A stretch of DNA of 57,257 nt. It comes from a virus (taxonomy: Duplodnaviria; Caudoviricetes). Of the stretch, positions 9,050 through 17,476 are shown in pieces. Positions within the stretch are counted from its first letter, which is position 1. Each line of letters begins with the position of its first letter. Made by a program: the position numbers and the translations under genes. Under the pieces are notes generated by a model. That model was given only the letters and a program-made list of their open reading frames with translations, had not been told where the DNA came from and ran no database searches. The stretch spans positions 1 to 57,257 of IMG/VR virus record IMGVR_UViG_3300028806_000013; one strand, 5' to 3'.

Positions 9050-9583
9050 TTGAAATACCGAATAGCTCAGCTCAGAAAGACCTGTGATAAATTTCCCTCT
9101 CAATGGGAAGGTCATGATATGTTAGGTAAGTTCGTTTATATCCGCTATAGAGCTGGTATTCTCTCTATTGGAATTGATATCAATGAAGAGAAAGCTATCT
9201 CTAAGAAATTAGATAAAGAGTTTGCTTTAATGATCGATATATCTAAGACGCATGGTTCACATGATGGTTTTATGCACACAATAGAGATGAAGTTATTCTT
9301 AAAGGATACGGTAGACTTTAGTAGCTGCGCATTCTTGCCTGATAACTTTGAGAAAACTTATATCGGCGAAGGTTTTTGTAGAAGAGAAGAAACACTATTA
9401 CAGCTAGAAAGCTTCAGTCCTATAACAGTGAAAGAGAAGATGCCAGAAGGAAGTAAACCAAACTTAGAAGTGTCATCAGATAGGCAAAGAATCATAGATG
9501 ATTGGACGAGTTATAGTACTTATGATTCTTTAGAGGATGCTTTGAGGGGGTTAGATACGCGCTCATTAAGCTCCTCTAGCTGA
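9050..9583 (+). CDS. hypothetical phage protein
   Basis: TCDKFPSQWEG...YIRYRAGILS motif; GAGGAGG RBS. Confidence 0.7.
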   Translation: MKYRIAQLRKTCDKFPSQWEGHDMLGKFVYIRYRAGILSIGIDINEEKAISKKLDKEFALMIDISKTHGSHDGFMHTIEMKLFLKDTVDFSSCAFLPDNFEKTYIGEGFCRREETLLQLESFSPITVKEKMPEGSKPNLEVSSDRQRIIDDWTSYSTYDSLEDALRGLDTRSLSSSS

Positions 9584-9777
9584 TAAACAAAACAATTCCT
9601 TCTATCTAATGCGAAATCAAGATTATCTAGATATTCTTCATGCGCTTCAGCCATCTTATCTAATCGCTTCTCAATCTCTGGTAGAAGACTTATTGGAACA
9701 CGTATAGCTTTAGTAGGCTCTCCATATCGATTCGTTCCTATCGGCCTTCCTGCGCCTTTACGAGAACCACCGCTCAT
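9520..9777 (-). CDS. small DNA-binding protein with GGxRxGAGR motif and ribbon-helix-like segment
   Basis: MSGGSRKGAGRPIGTNRYGEPTKAIRVPISL. Confidence 0.7.
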   Translation of the reverse strand: MSGGSRKGAGRPIGTNRYGEPTKAIRVPISLLPEIEKRLDKMAEAHEEYLDNLDFALDRRNCFVYQLEELNERVSNPLKASSKES

Positions 9778-10037
9778 TCGCTTACCTTCTTTATTCCTAT
9801 CTTCCCGTATGCTTTCTCTACATCTTCAACAGTACGCGCTGCTTCAATCTTGTTATAAGTCATATCATCTATCATTTGTCTGAGCCTGTTGTTCTCGTCC
9901 TCTATTCTTATGTACTCTTTATTAAATTCTAAAATGATTTTATCACATGTTTTGTAAGCCTTAGTCGTTAAGTAATAAGCCATAAGCGTAAAGGATGTCG
10001 CCATTAAGAGACTAAATACTGAAAAGAAATCCATCAT
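9774..10037 (-). CDS. membrane-anchored coiled-coil protein
   Basis: N-terminal TM segment; paralog of 10034-10360. Confidence 0.65.
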   Translation of the reverse strand: MMDFFSVFSLLMATSFTLMAYYLTTKAYKTCDKIILEFNKEYIRIEDENNRLRQMIDDMTYNKIEAARTVEDVEKAYGKIGIKKVSE

Positions 10038-10371
10038 GCCTTATTCCTCTTGTTTATAGAATTTTGCATTATAATATTCTGGGTATCCAATATCATTTCT
10101 CTTAGCTTCTTATTTTCATTCTTCAATTCTTCGATGATTAAGCCATCTGGAGGATTAGTTAATATGATTTCGTCATATGGTCCTATCATAATAAACTCAC
10201 CTGGTTCAAACTTCATATCTCTCGTTATTCGTTTAAGAATATGAGCATGCTCTGATAGTTTTGATTTTAAATCATCTGTTTGTGATTTAAGAAAATAATA
10301 ATAGATTAAAGCAGACACTAAAGAGAAGGTCATACCAAATGCACCCAAGAAATCAATCATGCCTTATTCCT
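10024..10371. repeat. 25-bp direct repeat (10024-10048 and 10347-10371)
   Basis: AAGAAATC(C/A)ATCATGCCTTATTCCT, one mismatch. Confidence 0.9.
10034..10360 (-). CDS. membrane-anchored coiled-coil protein
   Basis: N-terminal TM segment; shares ENxxLRxMI with the 9774 ORF. Confidence 0.65.
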   Translation of the reverse strand: MIDFLGAFGMTFSLVSALIYYYFLKSQTDDLKSKLSEHAHILKRITRDMKFEPGEFIMIGPYDEIILTNPPDGLIIEELKNENKKLREMILDTQNIIMQNSINKRNKA

Positions 10372-11205
10372 AAAGTTATTATTGTTACTACCATTGTTAT
10401 TGTTCAAATCAACCCCCCTATCAAGTCCATATCTTTCCAGAGTCGATAATGTTTCAGCTAATAGTTTCTGCATCTTCTCAGCCATAAAGATAGGCTTGCT
10501 CATTAGATTAATCTCAGTCTCTTTACGCTGTAGCTTCATATAATCATTATTGGTTTTAGAATTATTATATTGCTCTCTCGCTAATATATAATCTGCATGA
10601 GCTTCTCTATAAAGCGAATTAAAAGAAATTAATATTTCTGCATTATACAACATCTCTTTCTTTAAATCTTCTTGAAGACTGGGTCCTTTATGAGAAAAAG
10701 TTTCCCTATTAGAAATTTCTTCGTCTTCTAATTCATCACTTTCCCAAGGGGTAACGGGGGAAAATTTTAGCTCTTCTTCGGAAGCTGATATAGGAATAGC
10801 TTTTCCTCCATATACTTCTGTGATAGCTGCCAATCTGTCTACCAGAGAACTTTGGGATGAAGGCGTTAAATCATCTATCTCTTTTTGGCTAGGTCTAAAC
10901 ACGGGCGCTTCTGGTTGATAATATTCGGTTTCTATATCAACCCTAACTAAGGTCGCATACTGTGGTTGAGGTGCTAATCTTGTGAATTGATGAAGGAATG
11001 TTGGATTATGCCCAACAATATTTGGGTTATCTCTAGTCATTAATGGCTCTCTCTGGTTATCTGGATTACCTAGGAATGATAACTCTAGTACTTCTCGTTC
11101 AGCGTCCTTACTATTTTCGTCTGTAAACACGATAACCTCCTTTACTCCTAAAGAGAGGAGCGCTCCCAAGGCTTGGTTATTCAAGCTGATATCATAGAAT
11201 AACAC
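10357..11205 (-). CDS. hypothetical acidic protein with Asn-rich C-terminus
   Basis: 282-aa ORF with GTG start. Confidence 0.7.
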   Translation of the reverse strand: MLFYDISLNNQALGALLSLGVKEVIVFTDENSKDAEREVLELSFLGNPDNQREPLMTRDNPNIVGHNPTFLHQFTRLAPQPQYATLVRVDIETEYYQPEAPVFRPSQKEIDDLTPSSQSSLVDRLAAITEVYGGKAIPISASEEELKFSPVTPWESDELEDEEISNRETFSHKGPSLQEDLKKEMLYNAEILISFNSLYREAHADYILAREQYNNSKTNNDYMKLQRKETEINLMSKPIFMAEKMQKLLAETLSTLERYGLDRGVDLNNNNGSNNNNFRNKA

Positions 11206-11235
11206 TTGCCCCTATAAATATCAGCCTAAGAGCGC

Positions 11236-11348
11236 TCCTCTAAGACAATAGACAAGAATGATAAGACGTAGCCGGATTTGAACCAGCGCCCTCTTACGAA
11301 GGTATTAACCAAAATGTAATCCTATCTGCATTCTATTGCCTTAGAGGA
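11236..11348 (-). ncRNA. Y RNA (YrlA)-like tRNA-mimic RNA
   Basis: 17-bp terminal stem TCCTCTAAGGCAATAGA/TCTATTGTCTTAGAGGA; inner GATAGGA/TCTTATC stem; T-arm GCTGG-TTCAAAT-CCGGC; no acceptor stem or CCA. Confidence 0.6.
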
Positions 11349-11350
11349 AT

Positions 11351-11500
11351 TCTCTAAAGACAGAGATAAACAAAATTGATAAGATAGCGCCCCCAACGGG
11401 CTACGGGGCATCGTATAGCCCCCACATAGAATAAAACTACTGTAATCTTACAGCGGAGTTCTTAGTATCAGTATCAGGCGCTCTTTCTCCTGTATAGATT
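11351..11500 (-). ncRNA. second Yrl-like RNA unit (boundaries approximate)
   Basis: GCTGTAAGATTACA...TCTTATCAATTTTGT mirrors GCAGATAGGATTACA...TCTTATCATTCTTGT of unit 1; internal GGGCTA stems. Confidence 0.45.
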
Positions 11501-11512
11501 TCAAATAGCTCT

Positions 11513-11755
11513 TTATTCATATAAGATTCCTATTATATCAAAAACTTTTTCTCTAATCTTATCTAGCAATATTTGTTCTGCATCGGTTAAGTCTAAATGC
11601 TTATCATACCTTCTTAAATAGCTTCCTATCTCTTCCAGTTTATAATAATTATCATAAGCTTGAATAACAGGCAATATTCGTTCTTTATGGAGAGTTTCCT
11701 CTTCAGAGCCAGATATTTCAAACGTTACTTTGTCAAACATGGAAACACCTATCAA
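11513..11755 (-). CDS. hypothetical protein
   Basis: ORF in the leftward operon. Confidence 0.6.
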   Translation of the reverse strand: MIGVSMFDKVTFEISGSEEETLHKERILPVIQAYDNYYKLEEIGSYLRRYDKHLDLTDAEQILLDKIREKVFDIIGILYE

Positions 11756-11860
11756 TCATCTTAGAACACCAGGTTAATGAAAATGCCAGGAAATGACCTA
11801 ATCCATAAAGAACACCTATCATTAATAGATAGCCTAGTGGAGAATTAAATGACTGAAAGC

Positions 11861-12451
11861 TCATGATGCTATTTTATCGCCATCTGCTGTTTCAGTCATA
11901 ATATCCTCTGCGCTGGGTGTCGCCCTCTTCAATTCAGCATCTACTTCTTCAGGAGTCATTCCTAGGAACTCAGCAGCTTTCTCTTTCTGAGACTTCATCG
12001 TATCTTCTGCTGTTGTTTCATCTTCAATAGGAGCTGGATTAATAGTATTCATTCCTTGTTCCTCATGGATTGTGTTATAAAGTTTTCTCATCTCGTCAGC
12101 TATTCCACAAAATTCATGAAAATATATAGTATTGCCCGTATCGGCAGCAACCTTTTTAAAGAGTGCGTTACACATAAAACGATTATTATGAGAGGACATC
12201 GCCTCTCTAATGGATTCTGCTGAATTGACCATGACATCAGTAAAGAAATCAACTATCGGCATTCTGTTAGCCGCTTTAACGAGCAATGAATATTTCTGTG
12301 CCAAAGCTTTAAAATCATCTAGAAAGAATTTAGCGGTCTCTAAATCTTCAGGAGTAAAATCTTTTCTAATTTGTTTAATATCAGAAGCAGAAACGGTAAC
12401 CGCTTCTCCTAGTTTCTCTAACATCTCTTTCAACATGTGACCCAAACTCAT
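11861..12451 (-). CDS. hypothetical protein
   Basis: 196 aa, ATGA-coupled to the SPFH gene. Confidence 0.7.
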   Translation of the reverse strand: MSLGHMLKEMLEKLGEAVTVSASDIKQIRKDFTPEDLETAKFFLDDFKALAQKYSLLVKAANRMPIVDFFTDVMVNSAESIREAMSSHNNRFMCNALFKKVAADTGNTIYFHEFCGIADEMRKLYNTIHEEQGMNTINPAPIEDETTAEDTMKSQKEKAAEFLGMTPEEVDAELKRATPSAEDIMTETADGDKIAS

Positions 12452-13419
12452 TTCTTCGCCTCCTCATCAAATGGTAATTGAAACATAACGCCATTAGAAC
12501 CACCAGCAAACTTTGGCATTTGACCATCCCATTTGTTAACTGATTCCCACTTAATTAATTCATTGCTTAAAGATTTCGTTAAAAGCGCATTTGCCTCTGC
12601 TTTCGCTTTAGCTTCTATTAAAAGACTATCGCCATTACCCTTAGCTGTTAATACCTTAGCATTAGCTTCACCTTGTGCTTTAGCGACCTCTTTCTTGGCT
12701 TGGGCTTCTGTTTCTCTTAATTCATTCTCTCGCTGTTGTGCCTTCTGAGTAGCTTCAATCTTACGATTCAATGCTTCCATGACAATAGCAGGAACTTTAA
12801 ACTGACCCATAATAAATATACTATTTATCTTAAATCCAAGTGGGCTCAAATCATCTTTTACATGGTCTAGGACTAATTTAAAGAATTCCTCTTTCTTCTC
12901 ACCATAGAGTTCTTCAATCTTCATTCTAGAGGATACTCTGTTAATAGCGTCTCTAATATTATTTCTAATAAAGACATCGGTTATTTCTTCAATCCCTCGT
13001 CTATATTTCTGAAACAAGACAGGTATCTTATCAGCATCTAGCTCATAGGATATACCAATATCCGCATGAACCGATAAACCTTCAGAGGTTTGAAAGTTGA
13101 ATCCAGAATCACCTTCCCATACATGATTTTGTTGGAAAGTAGGGAAATGATAAACAGATTGCCACGGCATTAATAGATGCATCCCCACCGGCAACGCTTT
13201 CTCTTCAACGCCTGAGTGCATTCCCATCATGTCTACGACTACGCCAACTTCCCCTGGATAGATTTGAGTAATGCAAGTACTGAAGAATATAATTGCTGAA
13301 AATGCCCACGCACCCGCAGCCGCATGCGTGACAATAGGATTATTTATTTTAAAGTGACTATACGCATACCAAGCAGCGATAGGCATTGCAGTAATAAAAA
13401 GTGCAATCATGAGATACAT
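12448..13419 (-). CDS. SPFH/Band 7/prohibitin-family membrane protein
   Basis: N-terminal TMs, PGEVGVVV, FQTSEGLSVHADIGISY, Ala/Glu-rich coiled coil, KWDGQMP tail. Confidence 0.9.
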   Translation of the reverse strand: MYLMIALFITAMPIAAWYAYSHFKINNPIVTHAAAGAWAFSAIIFFSTCITQIYPGEVGVVVDMMGMHSGVEEKALPVGMHLLMPWQSVYHFPTFQQNHVWEGDSGFNFQTSEGLSVHADIGISYELDADKIPVLFQKYRRGIEEITDVFIRNNIRDAINRVSSRMKIEELYGEKKEEFFKLVLDHVKDDLSPLGFKINSIFIMGQFKVPAIVMEALNRKIEATQKAQQRENELRETEAQAKKEVAKAQGEANAKVLTAKGNGDSLLIEAKAKAEANALLTKSLSNELIKWESVNKWDGQMPKFAGGSNGVMFQLPFDEEAKK

Positions 13420-13637
13420 TATTTTAATTCCTCATAATTACTATGTTCATCAAAGTAATCACATAATTCACTGAGTGACTTTCCATCCTCTATAAGTTTT
13501 TGTAATTGCTCTACCATCCAGCTTGTATTTCGTTCATTTTTTACGCCGCCTAGCACGCTAACATTATCTCCATGACATATAGCAATTTCTGTATATTCTA
13601 AATGTGGAAGATAGACCTCTGAAATACTCAAGTACAT
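13419..13637 (-). CDS. hypothetical protein
   Basis: coupled ORF. Confidence 0.6.
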   Translation of the reverse strand: MYLSISEVYLPHLEYTEIAICHGDNVSVLGGVKNERNTSWMVEQLQKLIEDGKSLSELCDYFDEHSNYEELK

Positions 13638-13984
13638 TATTGATTATCCTTATGTTTAGATTGCTCTATTAATATTAATCGCTCTAAATCTTCAATCTCA
13701 TAGATTTTAAGAACATTTTTAGCCGCTTCTCTTTGCTTTAGTAAGACATCCCGAGAAATAGCATCTCTAGAAGCTTCTACAAAATTTCTCCCATAAGAGT
13801 TAACTTCTTCTTTATGGACTATATTTCCGAATACTTTTAATACTTTTTGAACCTTATAAGGGTATTGATAATCATGAGTCTCAACAACTCTATGTGTAGA
13901 AGAGATGTTTCTTCTAACAAAGTGCCACCAGAAGATAAATCCACCAACGACAACAGCGCCAAACATTAAATCAATGAGCCACAT
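13637..13984 (-). CDS. hypothetical membrane-anchored protein
   Basis: N-terminal hydrophobic helix; coupled ORF. Confidence 0.65.
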   Translation of the reverse strand: MWLIDLMFGAVVVGGFIFWWHFVRRNISSTHRVVETHDYQYPYKVQKVLKVFGNIVHKEEVNSYGRNFVEASRDAISRDVLLKQREAAKNVLKIYEIEDLERLILIEQSKHKDNQ

Positions 13985-14244
13985 TATACAGACTCCCCTA
14001 CAAAATCTATTCCTGTCTCTTCAGCCAAATAATCCATCCTTAATTCCCTTAGCTCTTTCACAACCCCTTTAAGATTACCGATAATCTCAATATCAAATCC
14101 TAAATCCTTTAAAAGAGGCAATTCATGTGAATTTAAATGGTCTCGTTTACAAATCTTTAACAATGCTCTAGAAGCATCGCACATAGGCATATAAACAACC
14201 GGTGTCATATTCCCACCTTGCCCACTTAAAATCAATTTATTCAT
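13984..14244 (-). CDS. hypothetical protein
   Basis: coupled ORF. Confidence 0.65.
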   Translation of the reverse strand: MNKLILSGQGGNMTPVVYMPMCDASRALLKICKRDHLNSHELPLLKDLGFDIEIIGNLKGVVKELRELRMDYLAEETGIDFVGESV

Positions 14245-14536
14245 TTTTCTTCTTCTTGATTGACACTTTATACTTAGCCCATGCGACCGGGTTCAATTGG
14301 CTTGCTTTCACTTTACCTTCAGTTATCTTTTCTATTTCTAAGGACAGACGTAAAGAAACAGCATACCTATTATGCAATGATTGACTTAGATTTCCTTGAT
14401 TGCACTTCAATAATCGAGACAAGCCCGCAGGATTTAAATTTAATAGTTTAAGTACCTTGACTAAATGTTTATTAGAATATTTACTATTCTTTTGTGCAAA
14501 TGATTCTTTTACGTAACCCATTAAAAATTTCTCCAA
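14237..14536 (-). CDS. Cro/CI-like HTH regulator
   Basis: AGLSRLLKCNQGNLSQ...LEIEKITEGKVKASQLNP Cro-like pattern; first gene after a leftward promoter. Confidence 0.75.
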   Translation of the reverse strand: MEKFLMGYVKESFAQKNSKYSNKHLVKVLKLLNLNPAGLSRLLKCNQGNLSQSLHNRYAVSLRLSLEIEKITEGKVKASQLNPVAWAKYKVSIKKKKNE

Positions 14537-14552
14537 TATTTAATTTAAATAT

Positions 14553-14580
14553 AGTATACTCAAAAAGAAATAAGTGTCAA
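14553..14580 (-). promoter_or_regulatory. sigma70-type promoter (AAACATTTGACA family)
   Basis: TTGACA-N16-TATACT. Confidence 0.55.
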
Positions 14581-14602
14581 ATGTTTTTTTGGAGAATATT
14601 TT

Positions 14603-14782
14603 ATGGATGAAAAGAAATTTGATGAACCTGTTATGCCCCCTTCTTATGCGCCAACTGAGGAACAATTACGAGCGTATATTGAACATATCAGAATTGCATA
14701 CAATCTAGAAGAAAAGAAACCCAAGTCTATTTTAGATAAATTAAGGAGCCTCTATGCCAATTGTTTCAAAAAAGAAGATTGA
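14603..14782 (+). CDS. small hypothetical protein (59 aa, below the track cutoff)
   Basis: GGAG RBS; MDEKKFDEPVMPP... Confidence 0.45.
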   Translation: MDEKKFDEPVMPPSYAPTEEQLRAYIEHIRIAYNLEEKKPKSILDKLRSLYANCFKKED

Positions 14783-15158
14783 AGAACCTAAGTTATCAGA
14801 CAGAGATTTAAGAAAGATAGAGCTTGAAAAGAAGCGTAAAGAAGTGGCGTTAAAGAAGTTAGACAATCTTTCTAAGAAGACCATGAAATATTTATCTGGT
14901 CATGTGGATAAATATATTGTTTATGAGAAGCACGTCGACCACTTTGTGATGTTCAAGAAGATGACACTTACCATTAAGCGAGTTAACACAAATAGTACTT
15001 TTCAGCCTAGGGAATCTCATGATGAAGAAACATTTTATCATGTCTTTGTATTGAAGTTTATGAAAGAGGCTAAGGTTAAACCTTTACTAACACATGTTCC
15101 TTTTTTCATTGTAAGGGAGGAAGGTGAGATAGCTTATACGTTAGAGAAGATTCAATGA
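14754..15158 (+). CDS. hypothetical basic protein
   Basis: AAGGAG RBS. Confidence 0.7.
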   Translation: MPIVSKKKIEEPKLSDRDLRKIELEKKRKEVALKKLDNLSKKTMKYLSGHVDKYIVYEKHVDHFVMFKKMTLTIKRVNTNSTFQPRESHDEETFYHVFVLKFMKEAKVKPLLTHVPFFIVREEGEIAYTLEKIQ

Positions 15159-15463
15159 ACGCCAGTTGGAAGAAATTATCTCCTAATTGTGAAATTCTAG
15201 AGCGTGAAGATGGGAAGGGATTTTATATTGTTTATAATTATTATCCCGCCACTGATACTTCTGAGACTACTATTATTAGAAAAGCTGATTTTAACAGTCG
15301 TCAACAGCATTATATCTTAAAGGGAGACCATAGAGAGCCGTTACAGGAATTATTTAAAGGGGGATATAAGAAGTGTATTGAGTATTATTATTCATTCCCT
15401 GCCAGAGATCCTCTACGGGAAGGCCATAAGAAGCTTTATCAAGAATATAGAGTTTCTGACTAA
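15155..15463 (+). CDS. hypothetical protein
   Basis: coupled ORF converging on the terminase gene. Confidence 0.65.
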   Translation: MNASWKKLSPNCEILEREDGKGFYIVYNYYPATDTSETTIIRKADFNSRQQHYILKGDHREPLQELFKGGYKKCIEYYYSFPARDPLREGHKKLYQEYRVSD

Positions 15464-17082
15464 TTTTCTCCCCATTTCGGTAAATCTTTAGGTCTCATGC
15501 TCGTATCCATCATCGTTTCATCGTCAGGATGCGTTAACCAGCCATTTTGTGATAAATACAATAATAACTGCGCCATCGTATCCACAACGTCTCTAGAGTC
15601 GCCATTCGGGAATATTCCACATAAATCTAAAGTGATATTAGCGAAGTTTCTTAAAGTCGTATAATTGGGGGGCTTAGCGGGGAACCAGATCCTACCGCCA
15701 GAGATATAATGGGTAACAAGTCTGACCCGTTGCATCTTATCGCCAAACTTAGTGGGGTCGAACCCCATGGCATTGATACCGGCTCGTCTCAAGTTCTGTC
15801 TGAGGGAGATACCGGATACTTTAGATTCTACTAATACTAAGTCAGGGATATGTTTTCCGTCTGGCTTTATGATGGATGTTCCCGTGTCGCGATAGTCCTT
15901 GTAGAACCTAATGGCCATATCGTGTAAATCTGGATATTCAACCCTCCCCCGCCACATATTGAGCAAAATGATATTAGGCTGATTATTGCCTTCATAGAAA
16001 AGCCCCCATGTCGTACAAGCTGAATAATCGCTGGTACGCTTATCTTCTAAAGCCGTATCCCAAGATTGGATGACCTGGATAATTTGAGGGGGAACGGTTT
16101 TCTTCCACCATTTGAACCATGCTTTTTTGAGGATACCTCCTTCTTCAGGTGCGGGTCGCTGTTGCAATTGTCCCGCAATGGCATACTCATCATGGAGTTG
16201 TTTTTTAAGTTTAGAGACCACAGCAGCGGTTTTAAATTCTGGCCAGAGAAGTTCGCCATCTTCTTTTCGGGGGTCTTGCCAGGCTCTCCCGACTCTGCAA
16301 GACGGTAGATTAATCGTCCTAGTTCTCCTAGCAGATTCGAATTCCATAGGTAAGATTAATTTCACCCAATCGCTAGAATCTTCCCCTTGAAGTATTAAGC
16401 CAGATACATCTAGCTCATCAATTCTTTGTTGGATGTTGACCATAGCCCCACGGGTATCGTCTCTCATCCGGGTTGGCCAGACTTGTCGCCAGAATCGTAA
16501 GGTCTTCTCTTTGATAGCATCTGATTGACTATCTTTAACGTTATTGATGTCATCCGTTATAAGAATATCACCGCCCTCTCCGGTTGCGGTTCCTTCCACG
16601 CTAGTAGAAATACGGTATCCGCGCTTATCGTTCTCATATCTTTCCTCTAATGTTTTAGTTAGCGTAAAGAGGTGCCCCCAACGTTGTTGGAACCAGGGTG
16701 ATTGAATGACCCTTCTAGCTTTAAGTGCATCTCTGGTAGAAAGAGAGGCCGCATAGGAAGCGCAGATGAATCGAATCTCAGGTTTGGCTATCCAAGTCCA
16801 GACAGGCCAGAGAACGCTGACTAGAGTGCTCTTGCAACAGCCAGGGGGAATGTTTATTAGCAGATATCGGATATCACCATAGGTAACCGCCTCTAGATGC
16901 TCGCAGATAGCGCCTATATGCCATCCGTCTATGAATGGGCGCTTACCTTCTACTTGTTTCCAGGCTTGTTTCACAAATTCATGGAGGGATAGCTCTGCTC
17001 GGAGGCGACTCCGTTCTTCAATTAAGATGTCGAGACGTTCCTGCTTACGAGCGAGGAGTTCTTCAATTCTCTGTGGTTGCAT
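15460..17082 (-). CDS. terL: terminase large subunit
   Basis: LLINIPPGCCKST Walker A, ILITDD Walker B, QLQQRP, QSWDTA and D..DT nuclease motifs. Confidence 0.95.
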   Translation of the reverse strand: MQPQRIEELLARKQERLDILIEERSRLRAELSLHEFVKQAWKQVEGKRPFIDGWHIGAICEHLEAVTYGDIRYLLINIPPGCCKSTLVSVLWPVWTWIAKPEIRFICASYAASLSTRDALKARRVIQSPWFQQRWGHLFTLTKTLEERYENDKRGYRISTSVEGTATGEGGDILITDDINNVKDSQSDAIKEKTLRFWRQVWPTRMRDDTRGAMVNIQQRIDELDVSGLILQGEDSSDWVKLILPMEFESARRTRTINLPSCRVGRAWQDPRKEDGELLWPEFKTAAVVSKLKKQLHDEYAIAGQLQQRPAPEEGGILKKAWFKWWKKTVPPQIIQVIQSWDTALEDKRTSDYSACTTWGLFYEGNNQPNIILLNMWRGRVEYPDLHDMAIRFYKDYRDTGTSIIKPDGKHIPDLVLVESKVSGISLRQNLRRAGINAMGFDPTKFGDKMQRVRLVTHYISGGRIWFPAKPPNYTTLRNFANITLDLCGIFPNGDSRDVVDTMAQLLLYLSQNGWLTHPDDETMMDTSMRPKDLPKWGEN

Positions 17083-17332
17083 TCTTATGTTTGTAGTGCT
17101 TCTCTATCCATGCCAAAACATCCATTTTCCGATAAAGACATTTTCGAGGGCCCGATAAATAGGGAATGGAATTCTTCTTTGCCCATGCATTTCTTTCTAG
17201 CCAGCTTACTTTATATTCTAAAACAGCGGCAATCGCTTTACGGTCAAAAAGCGCTTCTGGGGGTGCATTCCAGAATTCTTTCTTCATTTCGTTACTTATT
17301 TGAAAATTTTTATTCATGATTTGAGCACTCAT
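17063..17332 (-). CDS. excisionase-like HTH protein
   Basis: FDRKAIAAVLEYKVSWLER...IPYL...CLYRKMDVLAWIE. Confidence 0.65.
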   Translation of the reverse strand: MSAQIMNKNFQISNEMKKEFWNAPPEALFDRKAIAAVLEYKVSWLERNAWAKKNSIPYLSGPRKCLYRKMDVLAWIEKHYKHKNATTEN

Positions 17333-17476
17333 TTGTTAATCCTTCCAAGCTAATCAAATCTATTCAAAACTAGACGGTACTTATTCCAAAATACTAGGAA
17401 AATCATACACTTATTGTATATTTTTTGTATAGTTTTTATAGTAGTTATGTTTGAATAATTTGACGTAAGGGATATT

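Noticed and set aside
11271-11310. Functional tRNA gene
   Set aside because: A T-arm is present, but there is no 7-bp acceptor stem, normal anticodon loop or CCA end; called Yrl-like instead.
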